From Eledone cirrhosa (Eukaryota): DNA of 64,000 nucleotides. A program made the translations under genes and the position numbers. The stretch spans positions 23,374,001 to 23,438,000 of the forward strand of contig OZ024748.1 of the NCBI GenBank assembly GCA_964016885.1, read 5' to 3'. Within the stretch, counting starts at the first letter, position 1. Each line of letters begins with the position of its first letter. Shown here piece by piece: positions 28,947 through 41,754 of the stretch. Under the pieces are notes generated by a model that was not told where the DNA came from, searched no databases, and saw only the letters and a list, made by a program, of their open reading frames with translations.

Positions 28947-29175
28947 CAATTTATTTATTATTATTATTATATTGTCCCCTACATGTCGGCCCTTGTGGCT
29001 AATAAATGAAATCATTATTATTATTATTATTTTATTTTATTTTATTTTTTTATTTATTTATTTATTTTTTTTTTCTTCTCGTGCAATGGCCATACTCGAT
29101 AACGAGGGGGCAGCCATCATGTATGTATGTATGTATGTATGTATGTATGTATGTATGTATGTATGTATGTATGTA
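26793..29175 (+). mobile_element. RTE LINE including microsatellite-interrupted 3' UTR and (TATG)n tail
   Basis: tggccatactcgataacgagggggcagccatcatgtatg at 29087-29125 is homologous to the 3' terminus of the non-autonomous copies. Confidence 0.75.
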
Positions 29176-29738
29176 TGTGTGTGTGTGTGTGTATGTGTGT
29201 ATGTATGTATGTATGTATGCATGTGTGTATGCATGTATGCATGTGTGTATGCTTGTATGTATGTATGTAAATAGGTATGTGTGTATGCTTGTATGTATGT
29301 ATGTTTGTATGTATGTATGTAAACATCTATGTGTATGTATGTATGTATGTATGTATGTATGTATGTATGTGTGTATGTATGTGTGCATGTATGTTTGTGT
29401 GTATGTATGTATGTTTGTATGTATGTATGTATTTATGTATATATGTATGTTTGTATGTATCTATGTATGTGAGTGTGCGTGTATATGTGTATGTATGAAT
29501 GTATGTAAGTGTGAGTGTCTATATATATGTATGTATCTATTTATGTATGTGTGAGTGTCTATGTATGTACGTATGTATCTATATATGTATGTGTTTTGTG
29601 CGTTGTATGTATGTAGTTATGTATATATGTATATGTGTTTGTGTATATGTGCACGATCGGTCGTTGACACATGACTGTTCAAAGTTTATGCATGCGCAAA
29701 TCTTTGCTTCGTCGCTTTGGTGTCAAAACACGTAAATA

Positions 29739-29798
<60 letters not shown>

Positions 29799-29840
29799 GA
29801 GAGTAAAACAAAGAATCCTTTAATACATCAAAAGTTTTTA

Positions 29841-29885
29841 TTAGCCGACAATGTTTCGTCCTATTAAGGACTCATCAGGGCAATC
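29841..29885 (-). ncRNA. Minimal hammerhead ribozyme motif
   Basis: Minus strand: tgcc-CTGATGA-gtcct[taat]aggac-GAAA-cattg-TC-ggc; helix I only about 3 bp; about 45 nt from a (TA)n run. Confidence 0.75.
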
Positions 29886-30393
29886 AAAACAACAAGAAGT
29901 AATATCGGCAGATACAAGCCGGAAACTCTGAAGAATATGGAGTGTGCATACACTAAAGTCTTACAAAAATATATGATAATAAAAATAAAAATAAAAATAA
30001 AAATAATAAAAATATATAATAATAAGAATAACTAAGGATGTAGATAACATTAAGAACCATATTACAAATATAGTCAAAAGCAACTAACCTAAATCTAAAC
30101 AAATTTGGTTATATAGAGCAGGAATTATATATAACACAATGCAATAAACATAATACATTATAATAATATACCTTTACCAACATTAAAATTACAAATTAAA
30201 AATCAAAAGGTACAATATATACATGTATATATGTGCGCACACACATATATAACAATACACACATATTTTTTGGCTCTGTTTAACTGCATTGAGCTATACC
30301 TTTTACTGTCATTTCTATAATACGAAGAGGGTGTTTAACTCCAACACGCTCCAGTATTCTAATCCTTATATATATATCTATAGAGAGAGAGAG

Positions 30394-30442
<49 letters not shown>

Positions 30443-31015
30443 AGTGTACGTATGTATATATTTACGTAGGCATGTACGTATGCATATATGTATGTATGTA
30501 TATATTTACGTATATATGTTTATATGTACATATATATGCATGTATGTACGTATGTGTGCATGTATGTTCGTATATATATATATATATATACGTATATATA
30601 TATGTATATATATATATATATTTATGTATATATGAATATGTGTGTAAGCATATTTGTGTGAATGCAGGAAGACAGAGAGAGAGAGAAAGAGAGAGAGTGA
30701 TAGGTTAAGAAACAATATTTCTCTATAGACGTATGAGTAATTGTACGTGTGTAAATATTTATACAGGTGTGTAAGAAAGCATATGCTATATGTTTATGTA
30801 TAATAACATATATAAGTCTCACAGAAAATATTTTAAGCCTTGATCAAATGGCTTACTGAGATAGGTGTGACCGAATCACAACTTAAAATATTCCTTATAT
30901 TTGTACAGGGTGGGGCATAAGTTTGTAAGCAAATACAAAATTCTTTTAGTAAGAAAACTACTAACTTTATTGACCAGTAACATAGATGTAATCATACATA
31001 AATATCTTTAGAATA

Positions 31016-31202
31016 TAATTGTTTCTACTTTTGGCACAAGGCCAGCAATTGCCCAGTGTATTACTGGTACTTTATTTTATCGACCCCGCAAAAATGAAAG
31101 GCAAAGTTAACCTCGGCGGGATTTGAACTCAGATCGTAAAGGGACGTAACTCCATGTTGAAAACCATGGGGTCCGACCCTCTAACGATACTGCCAATCCA
31201 AA
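31016..31202 (-). mobile_element. tRNA-derived SINE family A, full length
   Basis: Reverse complement of 43992-44180. Confidence 0.85.
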
Positions 31203-31413
31203 CAAGGAGGCCACATTTCTTTTTGATGCAGAACCTCGGAAGATGGTCGTCTGCACTGCCGCCAATATTATTACAATCATCACCATCATCACCAGCACCA
31301 CAACCACCACTAGCACCACCACCATCAAACAAAGTCCAATATGTTTACATAGACTAATGTTTTAACCAGTAAATTAAAGAAGACGATTAATGATATACAT
31401 AAATATATACATA

Positions 31414-31478
<65 letters not shown>

Positions 31479-31611
31479 CCATACGTACATATGTATATAT
31501 GTGTATATATACATGTATATACATATATACAGTTGAAAATATATACATCTATATACATGTATATACATATATACAGTTGAAAATTGCAAACTCGACTGTC
31601 ACCACATATTA

Positions 31612-31650
31612 TGAACCTGAAGATTGCGAAAGCATGAAAGTACTTGTTCA
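31612..31650 (+). ncRNA. Minimal hammerhead ribozyme motif (helix III palindrome GTAC)
   Basis: tgaac-CTGAAGA-t-tgc[gaaa]gca-t-GAAA-gtac-TT-gttca. Confidence 0.8.
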
Positions 31651-31909
31651 ATTAACACTTAGAATTTAATATTCTATCATACTATTTCATTATAATACCA
31701 TTATATATATTTTAAAGGATTGTAAATAAAACGAGTAAATCAGACAAAGTTGGAATTCTCTTATTAATATAATCTTCTATACACAATCATACACACCCGT
31801 GTATATTTACCTATCTATATCTATATACATATATATATATATATATATCATATGTATATATATATGTATATATATATACACACACATATACACACACATA
31901 CACACACAG

Positions 31910-31950
<41 letters not shown>

Positions 31951-32076
31951 TGCATATGTACGTATGGATTATATCGAACATTAATAACAATATTCGATTC
32001 GTTTGTAAACAAATGGTTTGATAAAGCTGTGTCGTACCGATGACTAATGGTCATCTGTTTGTTTAACATTGGCGTC

Positions 32077-32131
32077 GAGGAACAATCAACATGTTTCTGG
32101 GTCATTACCCTTCATCAGGACTGTTTACCTC
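32077..32131 (-). ncRNA. Minimal hammerhead ribozyme motif (helix III palindrome CATG)
   Basis: Minus strand: aacagtc-CTGATGA-a-gggt[aatg]accc-a-GAAA-catg-TT-gattgtt; 7-bp helix I; decayed relative at 45058-45088. Confidence 0.8.
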
Positions 32132-32457
32132 TTTGCCAATCTGTTATATATATGTATATATGTGTGTGTGTGTGTGTGCGTGTGCGTGTGCGTGTGCGTG
32201 TGTGTGTGTGTGTGTACGTATTCATACTTAAATTTATGTATCAGCTGTGCTAGAGCGAGAGATAAATCCTAATTTTATTTTTTGTAATAAAACGTTGTAA
32301 TTTGCTTCATATATAACGTTGAAAGAGATAGAAGTCTAAACCATTCAAAATTGACTGTATGGTGAGGTAACGAAAAGTAAGTTACCTGGTAATCTTTCTC
32401 TTGTTTTTTTTTTGTTGTTCTTTTTTCAGGGTTTAAGAAAATTTCCAATTTCCAATT

Positions 32458-32603
32458 ACATTACTGGTACTTTATTTTATCTTCCCGTAAAGATGAAAAG
32501 CAAAACTAAACTCGGCAGGATTTGAACTCAGATCGTAAAGTGCCGTAACTCTATGCCATAAAGCATGCTGTCCGACGTTCCACCGATACTGCTAATCCAC
32601 CGC
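32458..32603 (-). mobile_element. tRNA-derived SINE family A, partial
   Basis: ttactggtactttattttat...ggatttgaactcagatcgtaaag...ccgatactgctaatccacc. Confidence 0.8.
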
Positions 32604-32857
32604 AAAGAATGCAAACAGATAGATAAATTTCTATTTATTTGCCACGAGGGCACAAAAGAAGGGGACATTTACACAGTGGGGGAGTTTACATAAATCGAGT
32701 AAAGAAAAAAGGAATAACAATAATAATATAACAATAAAAAGTCCTCAAAAGGGAGGGGGCGTATTGGGGATTGCACATACCCCCGAAAAGTGTGCAACTC
32801 TTTTCGCGGGGGAAGCCCAGAGAGGAGGCGCTCCCCCTTTCCTCTTCACTTCTTCAC

Positions 32858-35800
32858 CTACAGAACAATGTAGAGAGAAGGCCCATTTACACGGGCCATT
32901 CTCGCTTCTTTCACCCACCTTTCATAAAACTGTATGGGGCCAAGCACTTCTCTCTCCATCCTGATCCTTCTTCCGAAGTGGTATCGGAAGAAGTAAACCA
33001 GGTGATGGCCGGAGAGAAAGTCACCCGACCTCAGACCTTTCAGGCGCGTCCACCACACAACCTCTTTCATCATGGCTATTACGCACAGAAAGACCGCCTC
33101 TGCTTCATTTCTGAAGGGAGGAGGCGGCTTGATGTTCACCACAGACTCGGCGGTTAATCGAATCGGCGCCACACGCGACAGCAGTCGTTCGACGTAGCCC
33201 CACAGATCGGCAACGCCCGGGCAGTGTACCAGTGCATGCGCAACGGTTTCCTCGTCGCGCACGCATCTGGGACAGATCTTTTTCGCGGGATCCCTGCCCG
33301 GGCGCCCGTGTCTGTAGAGCTTTTCTCGAACGGGCAGAGCCCCCCGGTAACAGTGCCAGGCTAGGGACCTCTGGAAGTTGTCCATGGGTCCCGGGCCGAA
33401 AGTTCTACCGAACAGGCTGGCCAGTTCGTCCTCCTCCATGCCTAGCGACTCTCCAAGGGTGTCGTCGCCCTTGCTAGCCACCAACCCTCTATAGAATGTC
33501 GAGGTGGATTCTCCACTGATAGTCGGGTCCGCTTGCCAGATAGCCGTGAGCGCCTGGGCACACTCGGTGTGCCAGTTGCCCAGTTTTCTCGGTCTTTGCT
33601 TCACCCAGGATTGCAGTTCGGTGAGCGAGACGAGCTGTGGGAAGGCTCGCCTCACAAACGGGGCCCACACCAGCTGACCGTTGAGGAATACCTGTAGATG
33701 CCGTAGCCTCAATGCGTGCCTACGCATCAACAGCCACGGCATACCCAGCCCTCCTTTCGAAGGGTGCTGGCAGCAGATGGATCTCCTCACCATGGGAGGC
33801 CGCTTCTTCCAGAGGAACTGGAAGAGCATGCGTTCCATGATGGTGAGCTTTTCCTTGGGGCAAGGCACGACGGTCAGGCGGTAGTAGATGACGGACGCTA
33901 TGTAAGCGTTCGTCACCTCCGCCCGACCTTTCAGTGATAGTTTGCACTTGGCCCACTTCTGGGTCAGCGCAAACACCCTGCTCGTCACCTCGCCCCAATT
34001 CTTCTCCACCTGGAGGTCCGGTCCGAACCAGACCCCGAGCAGCTTCACCGGGCCCTCCGTCCACCGCCCGACGACACCGTCTAACGGCATCGGTTTGCCC
34101 CTCCACGTTCCGAGTTGCAAACCGACCGACTTGTCCTGGTTCAGCCTAGCCCCCGTCAGCCTTTCCTATTCCTCCAGTAGGGTGGCGATCGCCCCGATTT
34201 CCGAGGCGTCCGCCACCATTACTGTTACGTCGTCGGCATAGGCCGTGACCGCTTTGTGCAATCCCGGTTCCAGGGGTATGCCCCGCAGCAACTCCAACTT
34301 CCGCAGCAGTGGCTCGAGAGTCAATACGTACAGAAGGGAGGAGAGGGAGCACCCCTGTCTGATGGACCGGGTGATTTGAAACGCCTCCGAGAGGTAGCCG
34401 TTTACTTTAATCCTAGAGTAGATGTTGCCACTGTGCATGGCAGAAATCCAGCCCCTGAAAACGGGTCCGAAGCCCGCCGCCGCTAGCACCGCATCCAGGT
34501 AACCATGGTCGACCCTATCGAACGCCTTAGATTGATCCAAGTTGATCAGGGCCCCACCAAAGCCGGGTTCGTTGCCAACCCTCTCTACGATGTATCGCAT
34601 GAGGTGGAGGTTGTCGTGAATGGACCTGGACGGGATAGCGCATGTCTGCGCGTCTCCCACCAAACCAGCCACCACAAGCGCCAACCTCTTCGCCAACACC
34701 TTGGCCAAAATCTGTAACTCTGCATTTAGCAGAGTTATGGGCCTAAAGTTACTTAAGTCGTCCCCTTTGCTCTCGTCCTTCCTCACTAGCGTGACCACGC
34801 CCTTGGTCACAGAACAGGGAATTCTCCCGTTCTGTTGCCAGTTGCAATAGATAGCCTCGAGGATTTCGGAGAACAAGACCGGCATAGCTAAATAAAGTTC
34901 GTATGGTAGACCATCGAGACCCGGAGATTTGCGTCTGCTGCATTGGCTGAGCGCTTCCCCGATTTCAGTGGCTGTGATTGGCCTTTCGCAGCACTCCGCT
35001 TCGCCCCTCGAAAGACGCGGTAGACCGTCGAGGTATGGACCGAAGTCCACATCCCCGTCCGGCCCCCCGCCCCCTCCGAACAGTCGAACAAAGTGCCTTT
35101 GAAAGGCCTCGCACATCCGCTCAGGTTCAAGGATCACCCGTCCATCCTGGTCTCGCAAAGACCGAATGGTGGATTTAATCCCACTCTTGGCTTCTGTCAC
35201 GCGGGCCCAGCTAACAGCTTTGGTCCCCTCGTTTCCTAAAGCACGTATTTTACTTCGGACAACGCAGCCTTCGTGCTTCGCGTCAAAGAACTGGCTCAAC
35301 GCCGTTCTCGCCGCTAACACTCTGGCCACGTCTCCGCTCCTAATCGCCTCTTCTAGTTTATCTGTTAACTCCCTTTCCTTCCTATTTCTATTTGCCGCTA
35401 GTTCCTTACTGTAACCTATCGAACTTACTCTAATCTCTCTCTTTAGAGATACCCACCACCTGCTGTTGACGATCGCTCCCGTCAACCGCATCTTAACTAA
35501 GCTACTAATCCGGTTCCTGTAATCTTTCTTTGCCGGCAAGGACAAGTTCATCTTCCAGTAACCGGGACCCTGTCTATGCGTTCTATCAAGGTTGACCACG
35601 CAGGTCACTAATTTGTGATCTGAATAGCCAACCATGATCAGTTCTGGACAACTAAATACGTCCCTATCCTTACTCCTAACCAAAAACCTATCTAGGTACG
35701 ATCTAGATTGTCCACTGCGGTTTGCCCAGGTCCAGGTTGGCGCAGTTGGACAATCTAGTCGAAATCTATCGACCAGGTCGAATCGATCGAGTAACCCCTT

Positions 35801-36290
35801 GAGGCTGCTACACCCCCCTCTATCGGGACATGCCCCTGCATAGTTCCAACGCGCATCTAGGATTCCATTCCAGTCCCCCACTAAAAGCAGGGAACGCGAC
35901 GTTCCTAGAAAAGTCTCCAGACGCTGGAAGAAGTCGGCTCTTTCCGCCCCGAAGGGGGCATAAAGACCGACCAGTCTGAAAGCCCCGCCTTCACCGCCTC
36001 CGACGTCCAGCACCAGTAATCGACCCCCCGGGTCCGAGTGAACAATCTGTACGTCGAGAGCCAGACGTTTATCCAGCAGTACGGCAACCCCCCCCCCACC
36101 CGCCTCCGGGTTGACAGAGAGATGCGTGCATCTCAAAGTCATCGAAGGCGGGCGCCAGCTGTCTCACGCTGCTGATCCGACTCTCGCAAACAACCATCAC
36201 ATCTATACTTTGTGACCTGAGGTCATTTAGAAGCTTTGCTTGCTTCCAAGCTGAGCCCAGGCCACGCGCGTTCAAACAGCCAACTCTCAA
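32858..36290 (-). CDS. LINE ORF2 (APE endonuclease, RT, C-terminal CCHC), split by two frameshifts (about 36090 and 34165)
   Basis: CLNARGL, VCESR, GDWN, YLDR, YSDH; SPGLDG, FRPITLLN, DQSKAFD, RQGCSLS, AYADD; KGGLG; CPRC..ETVAHALVHC. Confidence 0.92.
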
Positions 36291-36295
36291 TTGAT

Positions 36296-38176
36296 CTATT
36301 TTGGTGTTGAAAGTGAAGAAAGAAAAGCACCTACCTCTCCGGGTTGTGTAATTTCCATGGCATCAGGTGTGTTGGGTGGAGGGATGTTTTGTGGTGGTGT
36401 GGGGGTACCCGTGTGTGGTGGGGTTGGGGTGTTTGGAGTTGTGTCAGGGAGAGGGGCGGTTATGGGGAAATCTTTCAAGAGGACGCGATTTAACGGTTTT
36501 AAACAGGGGGGCTCACGTCCCGTCTAAATTGTTCTTTTAAGGAACGATAAAGGTCCAGTGGGACCTTTATCATTTTTAAATGGGTGAAGTTCTCTGTTGA
36601 GATAAAGTTTGGCCCTTCGGTCTGCACCATAGGGTTATTGTTTATTAATTTAACCAGTTTTTTGTTTTCTTTATTTATATATGTGTATTGCAACGTCTTT
36701 TTTGTGATGCTGTCAATGTTTCGGAGAGGGGAGGCGCAGATTTATTTTTGTTTGTTGAGGGTGGGGTGTTTTTGATTGGAGTTGGTGTTTGTGTGTGGGT
36801 TATTTGTGGTGTGCTGGGTGTGTGTTTTCTTTTTTTTCTTTTAACTTGTCTGAAGGCTTCTCCTCATTCTTCTTCAGAAGTTGGGGGAAACTCTTCAGCG
36901 CTAGGTGGGAGGGACGTGTTGTGTGGTTGTTTTTTTTTGGCGGGAGGGGTTTTTGGCGGGAGGGGTAGATTTGTTACTGTTTTTTTTATTATTTGTTTGG
37001 AATGGGTTTTGTGGTGGTGGTGGTAATGTTTGTGTCGTGCTTGTGGTTGGTGATGGTGGTGGTGATGTTTGTGTTGTGGTTGGTGGTGGTGATTTTTGTG
37101 TCGTGCTTGTGTTTGGTGCTGGTGATGGTGATGTTTGTGTTGTGTTTGTGGTTGGTGGTGTCTGTATTTTGTTTGCTGTGTGTGGTATTAGTGTATTTTT
37201 GGAGGTGGGTGGTGTTGGTGTACTGTTTGTGGTGGGTGTGGGCAATAGTCCTTTTTGGGGGATACGTTTCGGGCAGTTAGCCTTAACGTGTCCCCTTTCC
37301 ATGCATAAATAGCATGCTGGTCTTCTCCCCTCTACAATTATGTCTATTGGGGTAAGGTCATCCAGCCAGATGCGATCCGGGATTTGTGCTATTCTTTCGG
37401 GCCTCATTTGGACTAGTATGTCGAGGCCCATTCCCAGGAACGCATCTCCAGTTGCCTTCCCCATTGACAGCATTGTGTCTTCGCCCATGTCTATGAAGCC
37501 AGCAATAGCCCACCAGAAGTCCATTGTGGGCAGCATTGTTTTTACTTTTACTCTCTGTGTTCTTCTACCCATGTAGGAGGGATAGAAGCTATATGTTGTC
37601 GACGAGAGTGGGCTTAGGGAAAGCTTCTCCGCCGTTTCTTTGTCTCTTGTTAGGACCGAAATGCTGCCATAGAGTCGGTCCTTTCGTATGAAGAGAATAT
37701 TCTTCATATAGTCTTTTAGGACTAACTCTATTTCCATTTGGCTGGGCTGTGCTGGCTTTCTTGTCTGGTTCAGTATAGTTCTGTAGAGAACTGTGTTTTC
37801 TGCTCTGGCTTTCTTGAATTCTGGGGGGGGGGGGGGAGTTAATGGAAAACATTCCGTTCTCCCCCAAAACAATGTGTTTCTTTGCTTCGGCCAGTTTTTC
37901 TCTGGCGGCAGTTAGGTCAATTGGTGTGTATGTAATGGATTGTTTTGTTTTCTGGGCGAAAGTTGCCCTGTCGTTATTTGTATTATTTTCTGTTTGTTTG
38001 TTTTCTGTTTGCTCATTTTCCTTAACATTTGTTTTTTCATTTTGTTTGTTTGTTTCAATGTCTAATTTTGTTGTAATTATTTTTTGTTCTTCAGACTTGG
38101 GGGGCGTGGCAGAGCTAATGGCAGACATGTCTGCCATCTTTTCCGCCATGCTGCCAAGAAAGAAATTTTTCGGCAA
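36296..38176 (-). CDS. LINE ORF1 (gag-like), fragmented by frameshifts
   Basis: CYLCMERGHVKANC zinc knuckle and Pro/Thr-rich tail; ORF pieces 37589-38176, 36901-37872, 36499-36693, 36296-36478. Confidence 0.8.
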
Positions 38177-38674
38177 AAATAGATATTTATTTTACCCCCT
38201 AAAAAGGGGGTAAATGCAAAAATGTTTCCCTAAATAACAAGGGTTAGTGTTCCAAATGTGTTGCACTGAAAAATTTATCCGGTACTTACAATAGTAAGGG
38301 TAAATCCCGATGGAATAGCGGAGCCGATGCGAAGCGTGTCTTACTCTATCAAGATAGATAGATATATAGATAGATATATGGATAGATAGATAGATAGATA
38401 GATAGATACGCACTGGAATATATGAAATTATAATTTAATAAATGAATTTAATAAATTATAATTGGAGAGTGTAAGTTGGTCATGGCTGTGGTAACCTTTG
38501 AGTGTTGTGTACAACGAGGAGAGTTGTGTGCTGTGAGTGTAGAAAGATTAACAAACGACAACATCAAAGACTACAACAACAATAATAATATACTTTAGAT
38601 AAGTGGTTAATTGAGAGGGCACGACATTCAACACGGCATTGCTCAAAGAACCTCGAATAAGTACTTATGTATTA

Positions 38675-38739
<65 letters not shown>

Positions 38740-38794
38740 TAAACAATACGAACAACAGTGGCAGTACCAAAAGTCACTGCAACAACAACAATAG

Positions 38795-38828
<34 letters not shown>

Positions 38829-38898
38829 AGCAATGATTGCTAGTGACAGGTTTTATGGCTAATCATAAATGAAACTTGGCAAAGATTTCAGGAGTCTC

Positions 38899-38966
<68 letters not shown>

Positions 38967-39167
38967 GTAGACAGTATTTTAGAGAATATAATAGCTATCA
39001 TCTATATCTATAGTTTCTGTTGATGCTATCAATATATATATACACATATCTTTATATTGTGGATCCAATTATTGTCTACAACCGATGCCTATCAAGCTAT
39101 TCAATAACTACAAAATCTTTCTATCCAGCAAATATCTACACATTGTAGTCATCCAGTCAACATCTAA

Positions 39168-39610
39168 ACATCTATGTTATGTATTTCTGTAACCAGTCAA
39201 CATTTTTACAGCTGACTCTATCTACATATCCACACATCCACCCAGTCAACATCTATGTTATGTATTTCTGTAACCAGTCAACATTTTTACAGCTGACTCC
39301 ATCCACCTATCCACACATCCACCCAGTCAACATCTATGTTATGTATTTCTGTAACCAGTCAACATTTTTACAGCTGACTCTATCTACATATCCACACATC
39401 CACCCAGTCAACATCTATGTTATGTATTTCTGTAACCAGTCAACATTTTTACAGCCGACTCTATCTACATATCCACACATCCACCCAGTCAACATCTATG
39501 TTATGTATTTCTGTAACCAGTCAACATTTTTACAGCCGACTCTATCTACATATCCACACATCCACCCAGTCAACATCTATGTTATGTATTTCTGTAACAA
39601 GTCAACATCT
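39168..39610. repeat. 81-bp tandem repeat, about 5.4 copies
   Basis: cccagtcaac recurs at 39241, 39322, etc.; produces the 27-aa periodic ORF. Confidence 0.95.
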
Positions 39611-39657
39611 ATACTTCTGGCTCTATTTAGTAAATCCACATATACAAACACCTAGAT

Positions 39658-39825
39658 CAGTGATTCCCAAAGTGAGTTCCGCAAAGGTGTTGTCTGGGGT
39701 GCCGTGCAAAAAGGTAGAGAAATATATTTATATTACGACCATATAACAGTATTAGACTTTGGGGATCCCCCAAAAGTTTCTGAACCAAAAAGGGTTCCGC
39801 GCTTGAAAAACTTTGGGAAACCTTG
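39658..39825. mobile_element. hAT (Charlie-like) MITE
   Basis: TIR cagtgattcccaaagt / actttgggaaaccttg; 8-bp TSD acctagat / aactagat. Confidence 0.75.
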
Positions 39826-40237
39826 AACTAGATACTGAGTCTATCCCGTCAACATCTATAGTGCTGGTTTTCTTTATTAAATCCATGTCGTAGTCCATTC
39901 TGCACTCAGTAGCACATTGGGTGACAAGCATCGTCCAACGTACAAGACCTACTATTGCTCTTTGTGCTTATTATTTCGGATCGTCTTAAAATATCCACCG
40001 CCAGGTGATGTTTGGTCTGCCTCTTTTCCGTTTAACTGAAGGAGTGAAATGGTGCAACGTGAAATGAAGTGTCCTGCTCATGTCCATAACACGTTACTCG
40101 GTCTGAGAATCGAACACACAACTCTATCCGTACTCTAGTCACTAGGCCACGCACCTTCACAAGTGGACTATGCTCCATATATTGGAGTAAAATTCTGCTC
40201 AGAAGGGTTGTGAAGGCTAATATAGCTGGGATAAAAA

Positions 40238-40845
40238 TATAAACAAAGTTTTCTCGAAGACCGAGTTGGAGCGTGAGTGTATTAGAATTCATAACAAGAG
40301 AAGAGCGGGGGAGAGGAAGAGAAGAAAAGAAGCAGCAAGGAGAAGGGAAGATTGGGGGAGAGATAGAAAGGACGAAGCTCTTCTCCTACTCGCCGCTCTT
40401 GTTTGTCATTTCCGCTTGATGCCACTTCTGCTGCGCCAGGGCTTTTGTTGTCCTTTCTAGCAGTGACTTGGTGCCGAGAGGATGCTTTTTACTTCTCTCT
40501 CCCTGATCTCTCTGTCTATCTAATTTGTCCGTTTTATCACGCAAACATCATACCATGAGATGTGATCCACTCATTGTGCGAAACCACTGCCGGCCTAAGA
40601 GCTGTAGAGGTTAAAAGATGTGTGTGTGATCTTGTCTCATACATATTCCTTTGCTCATTTCTTCTTATCACTTCTGCCGACCAACATACTTCTAACTGCT
40701 GATTTGAGGTAAATTTTACTTGACGCTATCATTGACGGAATTTTGCTTTTTTAACAACTATTCTTGTGTTGACTTTTTCTCATTATTCTATGAATTCTAA
40801 TACAGTAGACCTCCAACTTGGTCTTCGAGAAAACTTTGTTTATAT
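40238..40845. mobile_element. Non-coding element bounded by about 35-bp inverted repeats
   Basis: atataaacaaagttttctcgaagaccgagttggag / ctccaacttggtcttcgagaaaactttgtttatat. Confidence 0.6.
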
Positions 40846-41117
40846 ATATATATATACATATTTGAAAAAAATATCCTGCGTGGCTAAGTTCGTATAAAAT
40901 GTATTTAAAAAAAGAGCCCGAAGACAACGAAATATTGAACGAAACACAGGACAGTCTGTTCTCATCAGTCGACCTCTAGAGGTCCTCGTGGCTCCAGTGC
41001 TTTAAGGTCAATACAAGTAACTCCAGTGCATATGGGACAGCGACAAATGGACACATGACAGGACCATTGGTTTTATATATAAGATTCCTGATGATTTCTA
41101 AAGAAATCTCATATATC

Positions 41118-41168
41118 AGATTCCTGATGATTTCTAAAGAATGAAACAGTTCTAGTCCTCTAGAATCT
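41118..41168 (+). ncRNA. Type-I hammerhead motif (helix III with one mismatch)
   Basis: agattc-CTGATGA-t-ttct[aa]agaa-t-GAAA-cag[ttctagtc]ctc-TA-gaatct; sister copy at 55433-55477 (-) has cag/ctg intact. Confidence 0.7.
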
Positions 41169-41549
41169 CATCTATATTAAAACTTTTATACTCTGCTATG
41201 TATTGAGTACCTTACTTTCTGTGGTTACCTCCGATTCAACCCGGAATAACTTACCTATATATATATATAGAATCAATATTGACGTACATGGGACACGAAC
41301 CTACATCCTTGGTTGCCGGACCAATGTGTAATGGTAATACATTTGTCCGGCAAACCAGAGATGTGGGTTCGTGTCCCATGTACATCAATACTTATCCTTT
41401 TTTCCATTCAGAGGGTTTTTTTAAAATCCCAACTAACAGACTAGTCAAATACTAGTCAAATACGGTGTCAGCACATGTTACTACCTAATTTTCAAATTCA
41501 CTAGCTGTTTCTAAACAAAGCCTGATTTGTGTCTCCCTATTTACATATA

Positions 41550-41616
<67 letters not shown>

Positions 41617-41754
41617 GCGTGCGTAGGTGTAAAGAAGATAAAAACTAAAACAACAAAAATCAAAAACAAAAACACGCGTAGTCACTCATTCTGTAAATAC
41701 AAATGCATGCATAAACCAAACACACACGGGGCTCAACACATACACACATATATA

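Larger units (their letters stand above)
32626..38352 (-). mobile_element. Near-full-length Tx1/L1-clade LINE (about 5.7 kb) inserted in (GATA)n
   Basis: ORF1 with zinc knuckle plus ORF2 with APE-RT-CCHC; AGATAGATA on both flanks. Confidence 0.92.
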
